Assembly (NCBI GenBank): GCA_001949185.1
Contig: BDGG01000014.1
Span: 651,378 to 715,377 of the forward strand
Direction of reading: 5' to 3'
Source of the DNA: Ramazzottius varieornatus
Taxonomy: Eukaryota > Animalia > Tardigrada
DNA: 64,000 nt
This document shows positions 52,645-64,000 of the stretch, piece by piece. How positions within the stretch are numbered: the stretch's first letter is position 1; every line of letters begins with the position of its first letter. The notes under the pieces were generated by a model. It was given only the letters and a program-made list of their open reading frames with translations, made no database searches and was not told the DNA's origin. The position numbers and the translations under genes are program-made.

Positions 52645-55600
52645 TTACAAGTGCGCGCTGCTGTAGGCGGCATTTGGGCTTTCATGGTATGTGAAGCTTT
52701 TTCGTAGTCGGTCAGGTCCGAAGAGGTGAAGGTTGGCTCTTCCAATACTTTCCAGGTCGCTGGTGTCCCTTTGGAAGCCGTAGTGAACAGGTACACCATA
52801 GTACTCCAGCTCTTCTTCGCGGTGCTTAGTGTCCGCCGGACCCCATTCTGCCGTCGGTGTAACAGCCCGTTTCCATTTCTACCGGAAAACGAGTTTTAAA
52901 ACGAGAAACAAATGAAACGCTGCAGAACAGTTTGTACCTGGCGAAAAGTGTCGCCATCTTGCTTGAATACGAAGTAGCATCCCCAAACAGGAATCTGAAT
53001 CAGAACGCACAAGGCGATCAGCCACCCGACGGCATCGGCCCATGCTGGATAGAGTCCTTCCACGTCGTTGTTGGCGAAAGGCTTGTAGTCCGCCATGGAG
53101 TATACAAAAACAAACTATAGGAAAAACAAGAGTTTGTTTTTTCTTGAGAGGAAATACTGTAGTGTCAACAAGACGGGTTTTACTAGAAGAACGAATGGCG
53201 CAATGACCAGCCAGCAGCTGCGAAAGTACAGTGAGGGCTTGTAGTCCATCATGAATTCAAAGTTGTGCAGGACCCGCTTCAGCCCGTACAACCAGAATAT
53301 GGCGATCAGCTCGCAGAGGGCCACCAAAATCACGCAGAAGCCACTACCTAAAGTACAATGGCCGGACGTAGAACTAAAATTAATTCAGATTGTCAAATGC
53401 CAGTAATTTACTACGTTGACGCACCGTAAGCATCCATAAGGTCGACCACTTGCAGTCCGGCCTAGGAGGAAATTCATCGGGTAAAATTCAGGATGGTAAA
53501 CAAAGTTACTTTCGGTATGGACTTACATGGGTGACGCAGGGTAAAGCCAGGAGGAAAAGGATGGCGCAGGCTATACCAGTAACCAGCGCTTTCCGTTCTC
53601 GCATTTTGGGAATTTCGTCATGGATGCATGTCAAGGCCGTTTCCAACAGACCGAACTGTGCAAGAACCATTTTTCGTACTATCTCTTCAACCTGATCGAT
53701 CCGAACTTTAGAATCACAACAAACACCGGTGTGCGCTTACCACGGAATCCAGTCCCAGAATAAACAACCTGATAACATAAGCAGGTGAGCAACCACTTAG
53801 AACAAGGACGTAAGGAGGACTTGCATAAAAAAGAAGAGGACAGCCCAAAGGTGTGGCACAGGCAAGGTGGACAGAGCTTCCGGGTAGGCCACGAAAGCCA
53901 GACTGGGTCCACCTTTGGCGACGGTGGCTACCGGCACATCCAGCTGATAGGCCAGACTGCCCAGCACCGAGAAGATGACAATACCCGCAATGAGGCTGGT
54001 CACCGTGTCCAGAATCGAAACAATCATTGCATCTCTATGGGGAAGTGGTGATGATTGTCAACGTGATCACAGTTTTTCCATCTACAACCTGTCCGCATCA
54101 ACTTGCTACCACCCAACTTTCGAAGTTTCTGGGACCGTTTTCCAAAATTATTTTTCCAGTTTTCCGTTGAAGTCCAATGATAATGTTATTGAAACTGATC
54201 AGGACAAAGGTCAAGCTACAGGAAAAGTGGTTGGAGCGGCAAATCTACCGTTCTGGAAAAGAGCTAGAAATTCTGCACGGAACGAGTTTTCCCTGCAAAA
54301 CGGCCAAATTCGCTGGTTTTAAATCATTTGCCAAGTTAGTTCGTACTTTTCCTGTTCTTTTCCGGGTCTTTCCAACAACTAAGGTAGCTGTTCGTCTGTT
54401 TACATCAGATTGAGAACGAAAACTCGAACATGGAATCCTGTACTCTGTAGACTGCATTTCACCTGCTGTGGCATGTCTTCCCCACCGGAAGTCATATTCG
54501 TCAAGTTTTTCACGCAGTTTGGCAGCACATCTAAACGGATCATAGCTCGATCGAATCAACTTGAAAAGTTGTAGGGATTGTGTGGAAGGATGAATGGTAA
54601 AGCAGAAATCTGAATTTTTGTAGATCGAAATGCCAGGTGGTAGCAAGTTGGCGCGGACAGGTGTATGTGAGCCAAGGATAGTCTTACTTGTAGACCTTCA
54701 TTCGGAAGTTGTTGTAGGAGCCAAACATCATGATAGAGCCTTGAGAGACTGATAGAGAAAAGAAGACCTGGGCGGCTGCACTGCGCCACACCTGAAACCA
54801 CTGGAGCCTTTAGGGACAGTATCGCCATCAGACATGCTCTGTTGATCGATGCCTTACCGCAACATCCAAGAGTTTGTCCCATTGGGGTTTGAAGAGAAAT
54901 ATGATGCCGTCGACAGCCCCGTCCAGGGTGACGCCGCGTACCAACAGTATCAGCAGAACGACATAGGGAAAGGTGGCTATGGGACACAGACAATTTACAG
55001 TTTCGAGCGCTCAAGACATCATGTGAAAACGAGTGAGGGAGAAACTTACAGGTAAAGTAGACGACTTTGCCAGAAGACTGAATACCCTGTAACAATCACT
55101 TGCGTACCACAATGAATATCAGAAATCATAATCTTCAGTCAGAGAACGTACATACCTTTGCAAGACAGAAGAAAACGACTACCCAGCAGAACATCAAACA
55201 TCTACAACAGATGTGGACGAAGTTACAGTAGCGCATCACCCCCGTGAAAGCTGACTTGAATTCTATAGGAGACTATCATACAGGGCTAGCTGCCAGATGA
55301 CAGGTCCTGGATTATCCAAAGTGTAGATCACGTTGTGGTCACGATTTTGCAACACGAATCTGGAAGGCAGTAGTTCACAGATTAAAGTCTGCTTTGATGG
55401 TCACCTCTTTGCAAATAAGCATACTGTTCTGCTCCATGAACTTGGCGAATGGCGTCACGGTGAGCATATGCTGTATGGTTCATCATACCCGTAAACTTCA
55501 CACCTACTTTGACGTCCTTCGCCAAGTTCATGAAGCATTACAGTACGTAGTGTCCGAGCTACCTCTCAAAGTACTGCTCGGCGCTAGGCACTCGACTATG

Positions 55601-56395
55601 AACCTCCAAGGTGGTGTTGGAGAAGACTGGGAGCGGTACGAGGTTTGCCTCTGCTGGGACAGCTTTATCAGGGGCCCGAACGTAGCATGTGGACATGTCG
55701 GCCCAGGCGGGGTCGCAGACCTCCCATGGTAGCGGTTCCGCCAGGAGGATGGACTTGAAGACCGCTCCCATGAAGAAGACCGTGTAACTCATCAGGACGT
55801 CTGACAATTCCAACAGTGTTAATTCCTCAGGCGCAACAGATCTCTAGATAAGTTCAAGAACTTACTGTAGTAAGTGCAGATGATGAGACAGATGACGCAC
55901 ATGGCCATGCCAATACCGGCGCTTAACGGGCAGAGCCGTTTGAACATGGTCCAGCAGCCAACGCTGCAGTATTGACCCAGTGCCAGCTCCATACTGTACA
56001 TGGGCTTTCCGACAAGCAGTAGGACAGTGATATAGGGAATCAGAAAAGCGCCTAAAAACACATAGCTTTTACTAATCAGTCTTGGTAAACTAGTCGGAAT
56101 GGGTGGACGTACCTCCGCCGTTTTGGTAAGCGAGGAAGGGGAAGCGCCAGACGTTGCCGATACCCACAGACAGTCCAACGCAGGATAGGAAAAACTCGGC
56201 GCGGTTCGCCCATTGTCCGCGTTCTTTACCCGTGACATTGGTCGAGGAATCTTCAGCGGAAGTGAGGATCGTCGAATGGGAATGTCGTTGAATGGGTAAA
56301 TCGGTGGGTTTTAAATCGAGGTCCGTCAAGTCGGCGTCAGGCTCAAAGGCCGGATTTATCCGCTCTTGGCCAACACAGGACACTCTCCCAGCCAT
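52645..56395 (-). CDS. SLC6 sodium:neurotransmitter/nutrient amino-acid symporter
   Basis: [82 protein letters not shown]; multi-exon. Confidence 0.95.
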
Positions 56396-57992
56396 CTTTG
56401 GGGACTGTACGTGCTAGGACAGAATTCAGGCAGGTGGGCAGAGATGCGATGCTCCTCGTGGCGGTTTTGCTGGAAAGGACAGTTCCACACAGAAATAACT
56501 TGCGCTTGCAGTTGCTAACATGTAGCAGAGACGGAGTTGTCCGCGTCACCACCAACAATGGCTGTTTATTTGTTTGTTCTAGATCAGCCATGTTTATCGT
56601 CAGCAGTAAGCAAATTTATGGTTATCCGGAAGTATCGAAGGATCGCGACGAAGCGAAATGTCAACCCTTGAAATACATGCCGCGGTACATACGAAGTAGG
56701 GAATATAAAACTGCAGATGACTTTCCACGGAAAAGTGCCCTAAGCACTCCCACTTTTACAGCCGGCGAAACATCATCTAGATGTACCCATTTGACGTTGC
56801 CGACAGATAGCGCGTTGGTTGTCCCGCAAAACAGTAAGACTTTCTTTGGTTGCGACAGGATCGGTTTTATCCGGTACTGAGACAGTTTTCATGTGCATGT
56901 TGAGCCGACTGCGACCTTCGTTCTACGAGCTCAAGGTCCGCTCCTGACCACTTAGACCGCCACACCACATCAATCAGCTTGCGGATGTCAACGGCACTTA
57001 TCGGAGTGAGATCTTTAGGCTACGCTTGATCCAGGAAGCTCAAGGGTGGACTGCTGGGATAAACCCACATGTCTGTACCGGCGCCATCTGTGGCCATCTT
57101 TCCAGTTTCCCCTATGTATTTCCCCGACGGTATTGATAGTGCGGGAAATTTTCGTGACATCGGCCAACCATGACAAGGCTTTTGCCGATATTCCGTCAGT
57201 TCGTCGATGCATGAGGTATACGTAACTAGCTATCAAAAGCATCGATCTGGAGTTGGGTAGCTATAGAGTAGGACTGGGAGCGTCATCGATGAAATTTTCC
57301 GGACTGGAGCAAAGGCACAGTATACTTGTACTGTGCTTCTATGCGTGATCCATTAAGCCCCGAAACTACAGTCAATACAGTGAATCCGGGCAGTCAAGGA
57401 TCGATTTGATCCGTCTCGAGCAGGAAGAAGAAACCAGCGCTTGTCCGCGGTTTGGAAATCAGGGCGCGTTGGTATCGAGCAAGCTAACAGAACTTCCCTG
57501 AATGATTATGAACCGTCTCGGCGAGCAGGACTTGATCGAGGCGTCTAACCTCAACGAAAAGAGTCCAGATGAGCAGTACCGATGGCCCCTCTTTACCAAG
57601 CAATCCTCGGAAATGTCCATGATTGATGGTTAGATGCAATCAATTTGAACCCATTTCATTCCAAGTGTTTACATCTTAAATTCTTTGGACTATAAACAGA
57701 CATTCCAATGTCACAGGAAGACCTTAAAAGCACCGGCACATATAACTCAGAGAAGCACGCAAAATTTGAAAAGCAAGACTGTACAGGAAAACAATCACCG
57801 GCATAATCTCAAAGCAATGACTGGCATATAAAAACAGACTTGCTGATTTCTTTGTGAAAAATTCCAAATCGCAAAACCAGGAACTTGTAACACTGCAACC
57901 TACAGAATTAAAAAGTGAGATCGAAAGATTTTAGTAGCATATTGTGATAGACAATAAAGCAAGGAAAGAGCGTTTTCCTCTTTGGTGAATTT

Positions 57993-59825
57993 CTAATGCA
58001 TAATGGGTAAAGGAACGTTCGTGTCTTTTGGGCACAACACTTTCAGAATGTAGTCGGTGAGCAGCGGTGTGGTGGTCGGTGAGTCCTCGTTCATAGCCTT
58101 GAGGATCTTGCTGATGACTTGGAGGTGCCGCGTAGTGAGCTGACCGGGTTCGTATGGGATAACCGTGGTCAGGATCTTGGTTTCTTTGTCCGGAGTACGC
58201 GCAGCTTTCTGGCTGCCGCGTTTCTTCTCCAGACTGAACTGCCGCCGCTTGTTCTGCACTTTAATCAGCTCGGAAATGAAAGAGTTTTTCACTTCCTTCT
58301 CAAACTGCAAGGAAAACAATATCAACCCGTTTTATGGGCAGTAAACGGGATTTATTGGTTCGTCAACACTGTAAATAGTGTAGAAAAATGTCATTAGAAA
58401 AATCGCAGTGGACAAGGCCGAGCCGGATTTTACATCACGCTGACGAGTGAGTATATCGCAGAAAAATGGCAACACTGGCTTGAATGGAAGGCCTGGACTG
58501 TAGTATGACGTAACACGACCTTCTTCGATTGATTGGTCCGTACAATTGATTACCTGGAGTTCGTCGCGAAGAGCCAGTTCTTGCACTAATATTTCCGAGT
58601 ACTGCTGCGTTAATTTCTCCAGCTCCGACTGTAGCTCTTGGAGTTCACCAGGGTTGAGGTTCTGGAGGTTTTCGTCGTAAAGTGGAGAAGGAAGGAGCGG
58701 AAGCGCCGGGTGGTGGCTGTTGTGCGACCCTTCCGCATCGCCACTTCCTGTTTGCTCCGCCAGTTGTGGCTCTCCGTCATCGCCCTGTAATTATAGCACG
58801 AACTGTCAGAAATTTCCTTCAACATAAGGCCAAGAGGCGTATATTGTCAAAAGTTATTCAGAAAAGAAAAACAACTGTCAACTAGAATCAAGGAAGAATT
58901 TTCCGCCCACCAAACTTCCGGTCGACACAACTGCAACGTTACGGGAAACCAGAATGGAAATCCATCTTCCTTGCAGTGGTTTGCACAGTAACATGGCCTG
59001 GTTTCTATTCCAACGTCACAACTGAGCGACCGAAACGTTTAGCTGCGATTGGCGCGGTAAGTGACGCGGTGAACCGTTGGCTAACATCAGGGAATGTGTC
59101 ACTACAATCGAGTCAGGCCAACCGGAAGTGCCCGTTTTGAGCTTTGATTGGTTATTAAACTCATAACCACCAACCTGCTGCATCATAGCGTCGATTTCCT
59201 TGATCACCTCATCTGCCGTTGCCATTCCATTTTGTTGCGGATCCGCTGCAACCATATTATGCATATCGAGTTGGTTGACAGTTAGCTCTTCGTCAGAGGA
59301 AGTACATTCAAGAAGGTCCGTACGCTGTTGGGAGGAAGAGGGGGGATTCAACGCCAAGACAGGTAAGAAGAGTTTGTTCCGTATGACGGTCTGTGACCAG
59401 TCAACCGGTAAAACCGTCCCGAAGGACGCTGTTAAGTCCTTCCAGAATTTATTCTGGCTCAACAGCTCTTCATGTGTGCGTATGGCTACCGGAGCAAAGT
59501 CAGACACGTCGCTGTCTAGATCACCAAAGCAAGCGGTGATTTTCTCATCGAACGACTCAACCAAATCTTCCAACGAACCACCGTGACTGTTCAACGCCCC
59601 ACTCTCTCCAAAATGTGATTCCATCTTTAGGGTATTTCTTTGCAGGTTGTCCGATGTCCCAGCTAGCGAAGAGTATCCGGAAGAACCAAAGGTGGATTCA
59701 GCAGGCGCTGTGGAATGAAAATCTGCCCATTCCGATTCGGAGGTATTCTCATCCATCAAAGTCTCGTCTGCATCTCCTTCGGATTCCGCCAGCGGAGCGT
59801 CGGTCAGTTCGTTCAATTCCGCCAT
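57993..59825 (-). CDS. unc-76: Fasciculation and elongation protein zeta / UNC-76
   Basis: SLEDLVESFDEKITACF, FGTVLPVDWS, QLDMH, LVQELALRDEL.FEKEVKNSFIS, TVIPY, LLTDYILKVLCP. Confidence 0.93.
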
Positions 59826-60906
59826 GCCTCTGTAAGAACCAGAGAAACAATCTATATTTTTCTCCTTACAAAAACGCCTGCGATGAAAGGAGAGGAATGA
59901 ATGAAGTTGCAAGAGACTTACGCGCTGACTGGAATCCAGTGCATTCAGTCAGACAAGATTAGCGCCCAGAGACGCTTCTTCCGTCTATCCACTCCTCTCC
60001 CCTCGCTCACTCCTCTGGCCGGAAGAGGCTGCTGCTTGGCCCTGCTTTGGCATGCAAAGGGAGGATGCAAAGCGAGAAAAACAGCTCATGCGGAAAGTGC
60101 AGCGAGATGCTGCGCAAACCAGGCCATCAGAAATTGGAAAATCGATCGAAAAAAATCAATAAACCAAAACATTGCCCTTCGTAAGCGTTCCAGGCGCAGC
60201 CCGATAGGGTTAATCCATTGATTCCGTGCTGAGTACTCTTTCCCGTGGGCGGTACCGCACGATCCTGGTCATAGAGCACGGCCCTGGCTGGAGAAGCATG
60301 CTAACTCCAGGCCGTGTTGGCGCAAGCACGGCTGTGTTCGGCTGTGGCTTACCGACTTAGGGTTGTGCTGTACAGCAAAGGCGGAAATCAGCCCCACTGA
60401 TCAGCTAGGTCAGAAGAGATCGGAGAACTTGCCATCTTTTCTCACTTTCCGATCGATAACTGCATGTCTAAAGCTGCGATGTATGTGTAATGTTCATTTC
60501 ATACTGGGTCAGGTCGATATCGATAGCTGTGACGCATACCGTAGTCCGCGGAGTTCAACACTGTAATATTTTAGGTCGCGAACACATTCGTCATCCTCAA
60601 TGCAGACTAAGACTTAAGTACGCTGGTTTGACGGAGCGTGGCGGAAGGGTGTCGCCGCGTGGGAACTGATGTACCGAGAGTTACTGGGCAAAATTCGTTG
60701 GCACCGTTTAACAAGCTCAGCCTTGACTGCTTTTACTGATTCTGACCTCGAAATAAAACTTGAGCCGGTACGACGCAAACTGCAGATTCAGACTTTAAGA
60801 GTATTCCGAAACATGTTCACATCACACGAAAGCTAAGTGGAATTCTGGACACAAGTGTTCCATCCTTGTTGCCAAAGCCTTTGATCACGTCTGCAAGGGT
60901 AGGCAC

Positions 60907-61877
60907 TTATCCACTGTGACCGCCCCTGTTGGTGTTTTGCTTGGCAGCCATCTGCAAGTACGTGACATTAACAACATTTTCGATTTTTTTAGCTGATAAA
61001 CACAACCACTTTGACCAGAGATGCAAAACTTACCATGGCCATCATGGCAGCCATGTTGTTGTTACCGCCACCGCCGCCACCACCAGCGCCGGCATCTTGA
61101 CGGCCTCCTCCGGCGGCTCCTCCACCTCCATTGCTGTTGCTCATCAGCATTGGCAGCATCCACGACATGTCAGTATTGCTCTGTTGGTGTCCTACAGTGA
61201 TATTGGACCTAGTTTATCAAAGTTACCATCCTCAGGGTAGTGACAAAAAGTGTACTTACCGCTACCACCACCGCGAACTCCCTTCACTGTATATGAGAGG
61301 AAATAGCACTTGAATAACTGATCAACTTATAACCTTTCCAACGTGTTCACGATGCGTACCTGGTGCCAGGCTTTCGGCTGTGAATACAGAGAACAGTTGG
61401 GCCAACAAGAAATCCGCAGTTTCAAATACCACGCTGACTTTTGGTATGCCGCGAAGAATAAAGTAAGGAAAACTTACGATCAGATGAGTTGGAATTTTCC
61501 ATAGACATGGGCACTGCAAAAATCGAAGGTCCTGAACGTTCTGTCGTTTAGGTCGTCGTTTGAGATGTACTTACTGACGGCGATGAAGACATGAGGCTTC
61601 TTGTGAGGCTTGCCGGTGTGATTACCGTGCGGTCCATGTCCGTGGGTGCCATTTCCGTGATGGTGACCTTTTCCCTCGTGATCTGGTCCGTGAGGTTTTG
61701 GTCCAGATGGCTGCAGAGAGAAAAACTCGTGTCTGTGTTTTGATACAATACAAGCTAATATGTTGGACGTTGCGACACAGACAAAAGAAATATCGAAGAA
61801 AGGACGGGTGGTACCAGGGAAAGGGTCACAGAAGTCAGAGCCACCAGGACGATGGCACAAACGGCAAAGGCGTGCAT
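60907..61877 (-). CDS. Small secreted His/Gly-rich and Met/Gly-rich protein with micro-exons (7 exons)
   Basis: Signal MHAFAVCAIVLVALTSVTLS; His-rich exon 61710-61575; micro-exons 61513-61478, 61377-61360, 61286-61260; Gly/Met exon; final MAAKQNTNRGGHSG*. All junctions are GT-AG and in frame. Confidence 0.8.
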
Positions 61878-62231
61878 GATGAACAAGGAAAGCAAATGAG
61901 ATGATAAGTAAAACGGCACTGATTATTCTGTGGTGTGACGGGCCAATGGCGTTCTGATTTTATATCGACCTTGAAGTGGGCGATTCGGAATTTGCATGTG
62001 ATGATGCATCCTTGAGCTGGAGTGGTTTCGTCGGAAAATCGGCCGTGTTTTAGCTAGATCCCTGTTTCGAACGTGATGAAACCTGAAAATTATCTGCTGA
62101 CCCCATATGATTTTGTTGTGAAACTCAAATGATTTCAAAACAGCCGAAAAAATTCTAGTCGTGGATTCCGGTATTTTTCATGGACAGGCGGTTAACTCAC
62201 GCCATGTTTGTCTATTTACTCACCTTTTCTC

Positions 62232-62526
62232 TAGTGAAGGTTCGGCGAAGCGAAAATAAAACTTTTCTCCGATTTTCGCCGTGGCAAAAGTTGGCGAAAA
62301 TGTTTCGCCTCGGCGAAAGAATCATTGCGTGTACGGCTGATTGATTGATCAAAAATGCTTTCCCCGCGGCGAAAACGTTTTCGCCGCGGCGAAAACGTTT
62401 TCGCCGTGACGAAAATTATCTTTTGCCATGGCGAAGAGCGGCCATGTCCGTGGGTGCCATTTCCGTGATTGCCATTGTCGTGGATGATCAATCAGCCAAA
62501 ATTTTTATTTTCGCCATGCCTTCTCT
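62232..62526. mobile_element. MITE-like element with GCGAAAA/TTTTCGCC internal palindromic repeats
   Basis: Imperfect TIRs TAG.GAAGG...GGCGAA..AATAAAA; internal gcgaaaacgttttcgc palindrome twice; no TSD detected. Confidence 0.55.
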
Positions 62527-64000
62527 ACGTCTGAATCTTAATGAGGTAGCGAATAGGTCGTCGAATCACGGAAAGTTAGTTCCAAAGATAGGCTATAACA
62601 CAGTCGAAAACGTGTGTGCTTTATAGGTGCTAGCAAGTTGGCTCGAATACCCTGTAAGAGTCCTGAACCAGATGTAAGGATATGCAGATATGATGACAGC
62701 TAGCGGAACAGTGTATACTAATGCAGCGATTCCACTTCATCACGGAGAACCATTACGGACCTCCGTCAGGAGCTCCGTAATGAGTGATTCTACTTTCGAT
62801 CATTTCGAGTCGGTTATGACAGGAGAAGTGGAATCACTCATTTCGGAGCTCTTGACGGAAGACCGTGATAACTTCTCGTAATGACTTCTATATGACTTTA
62901 CGTAAATTAAGAAAAGTGCAAAATGCACCGCGTCCGACATGAGCGATAACGCGACATAACATTCGGTTGATTGAAATATAGGGGGGTTTGAACGGAAGAC
63001 CCGAAAATATTATAAAGGACGTACTAATGACCATCGCGTCCGCATCCTTTCTAGCATCTCCATTATCGTAGCTACCTCTTCTTTATTGTATTCGTTGTGA
63101 ATTTATGACAATTAAGCATATATACTCGAATGGGAGGAATATACATGTAGAACTTTCGACAACAAATTAAGACAGTTATGAGGTATATTCTACTTCCTCG
63201 TTCCAGCCAGTAACCAGAAATACGTGATGGGTCCGGAGATTGCTCCCCTCCCGAGATGACTTTTTCCGTGATGGTTTTTTCCAGTTATGGTAATGGAAAA
63301 TTTTCGTAAAGAGCAAAAACGCGCCAGTTACGAGAAGTGGAATCGCTGCATAAGAACTGTTTTGCGAAAGAAAAATCAGCGTGGGTAGCTTTGCTTCGTA
63401 ACATCCGTATTCTTGATGGGTTACAGATAGGACACGCCTTCGATGATGGTGCACAAGTACGGCAGGCGGATGACGCGAACAACCAAATAGTCGCACATAA
63501 CAAGAAGGCCGCGGCCAAGTTGATGAATAAGGTCGATCGCGCTGCTGTCCTTGTACGCTAGCTAGTATCAAATACAGGGATAAACTGCCAAACAAACTTA
63601 GGACCTGAGACTTCTGTCCTGAACTCATGTCGTTTACAGCGTGACTCGAAAATCGAACAGCATTGATAGTGATACACTGTTAGATCCCAGATACCCATAG
63701 CGCAGAAACGTGCCGATTTGCAGACTTATTAAAAGATCAATGCAAATATGTTGAACATTCGAGATAAAGCTGCAGCTGTACCATTACATATCTCTACAAA
63801 TGATTCGAAGGAAGTGCTCTCTGGTTCAAATATCATCTCATGGCCCGATGTTTTGTTGGAATCAACAGCCGCGGAAATCTTTCTTGGCCAAAACACTTCC
63901 GTTATTTCGGTCTTCCACTCAGTTGCTCCTCGGACAAGGTAGGCATTGTCTTGTCTACAAAAATGAAGCGGGAATGTTCGATCTTGTCCCAAGTCAGCCA

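Noticed and set aside
63176-63992. Possible degenerate hAT/ZMYM1-like transposase on the plus strand (FFRDGF..WK, ESLHK)
   Set aside because: Similarity is too weak to call without a profile search.

Overview
Eukaryotic, gene-dense DNA with short introns. Two CAHS genes mark it as tardigrade; Ramazzottius-like is my inference. Intact genes: a secreted repeat protein, an intronless class A GPCR, a secreted low-complexity protein, a CAP+PAN protein, SPRTN/Spartan, a PX-domain SGK kinase, two lipocalin-like secreted proteins, two long tandem CAHS genes, a cyclase-less ANF-receptor protein, an aldo-keto reductase, an SLC6 transporter, UNC-76/FEZ and a His/Gly-rich micro-exon gene. Decayed duplicates: one GPCR, one SPRTN and two lipocalin-like copies. 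DNA transposons: a pogo element, two hAT MITEs, a TA-TSD MITE, a MULE-like insert and a CACTA/EnSpm-type region with RING, winged-helix and BEN-like ORFs. Most unusual signals: (1) SPRTN with apparently rearranged interaction motifs, plus a neighbouring copy lacking the protease exons; (2) a dispersed palindrome family with a fixed 27-nt spacer; (3) MITE-like elements carrying copies of adjacent host sequence; (4) very long CAHS proteins sharing an N-terminal module; (5) a frame-preserving micro-exon gene. Gene models were spliced by eye; family calls come from motif recognition and no searches were run.
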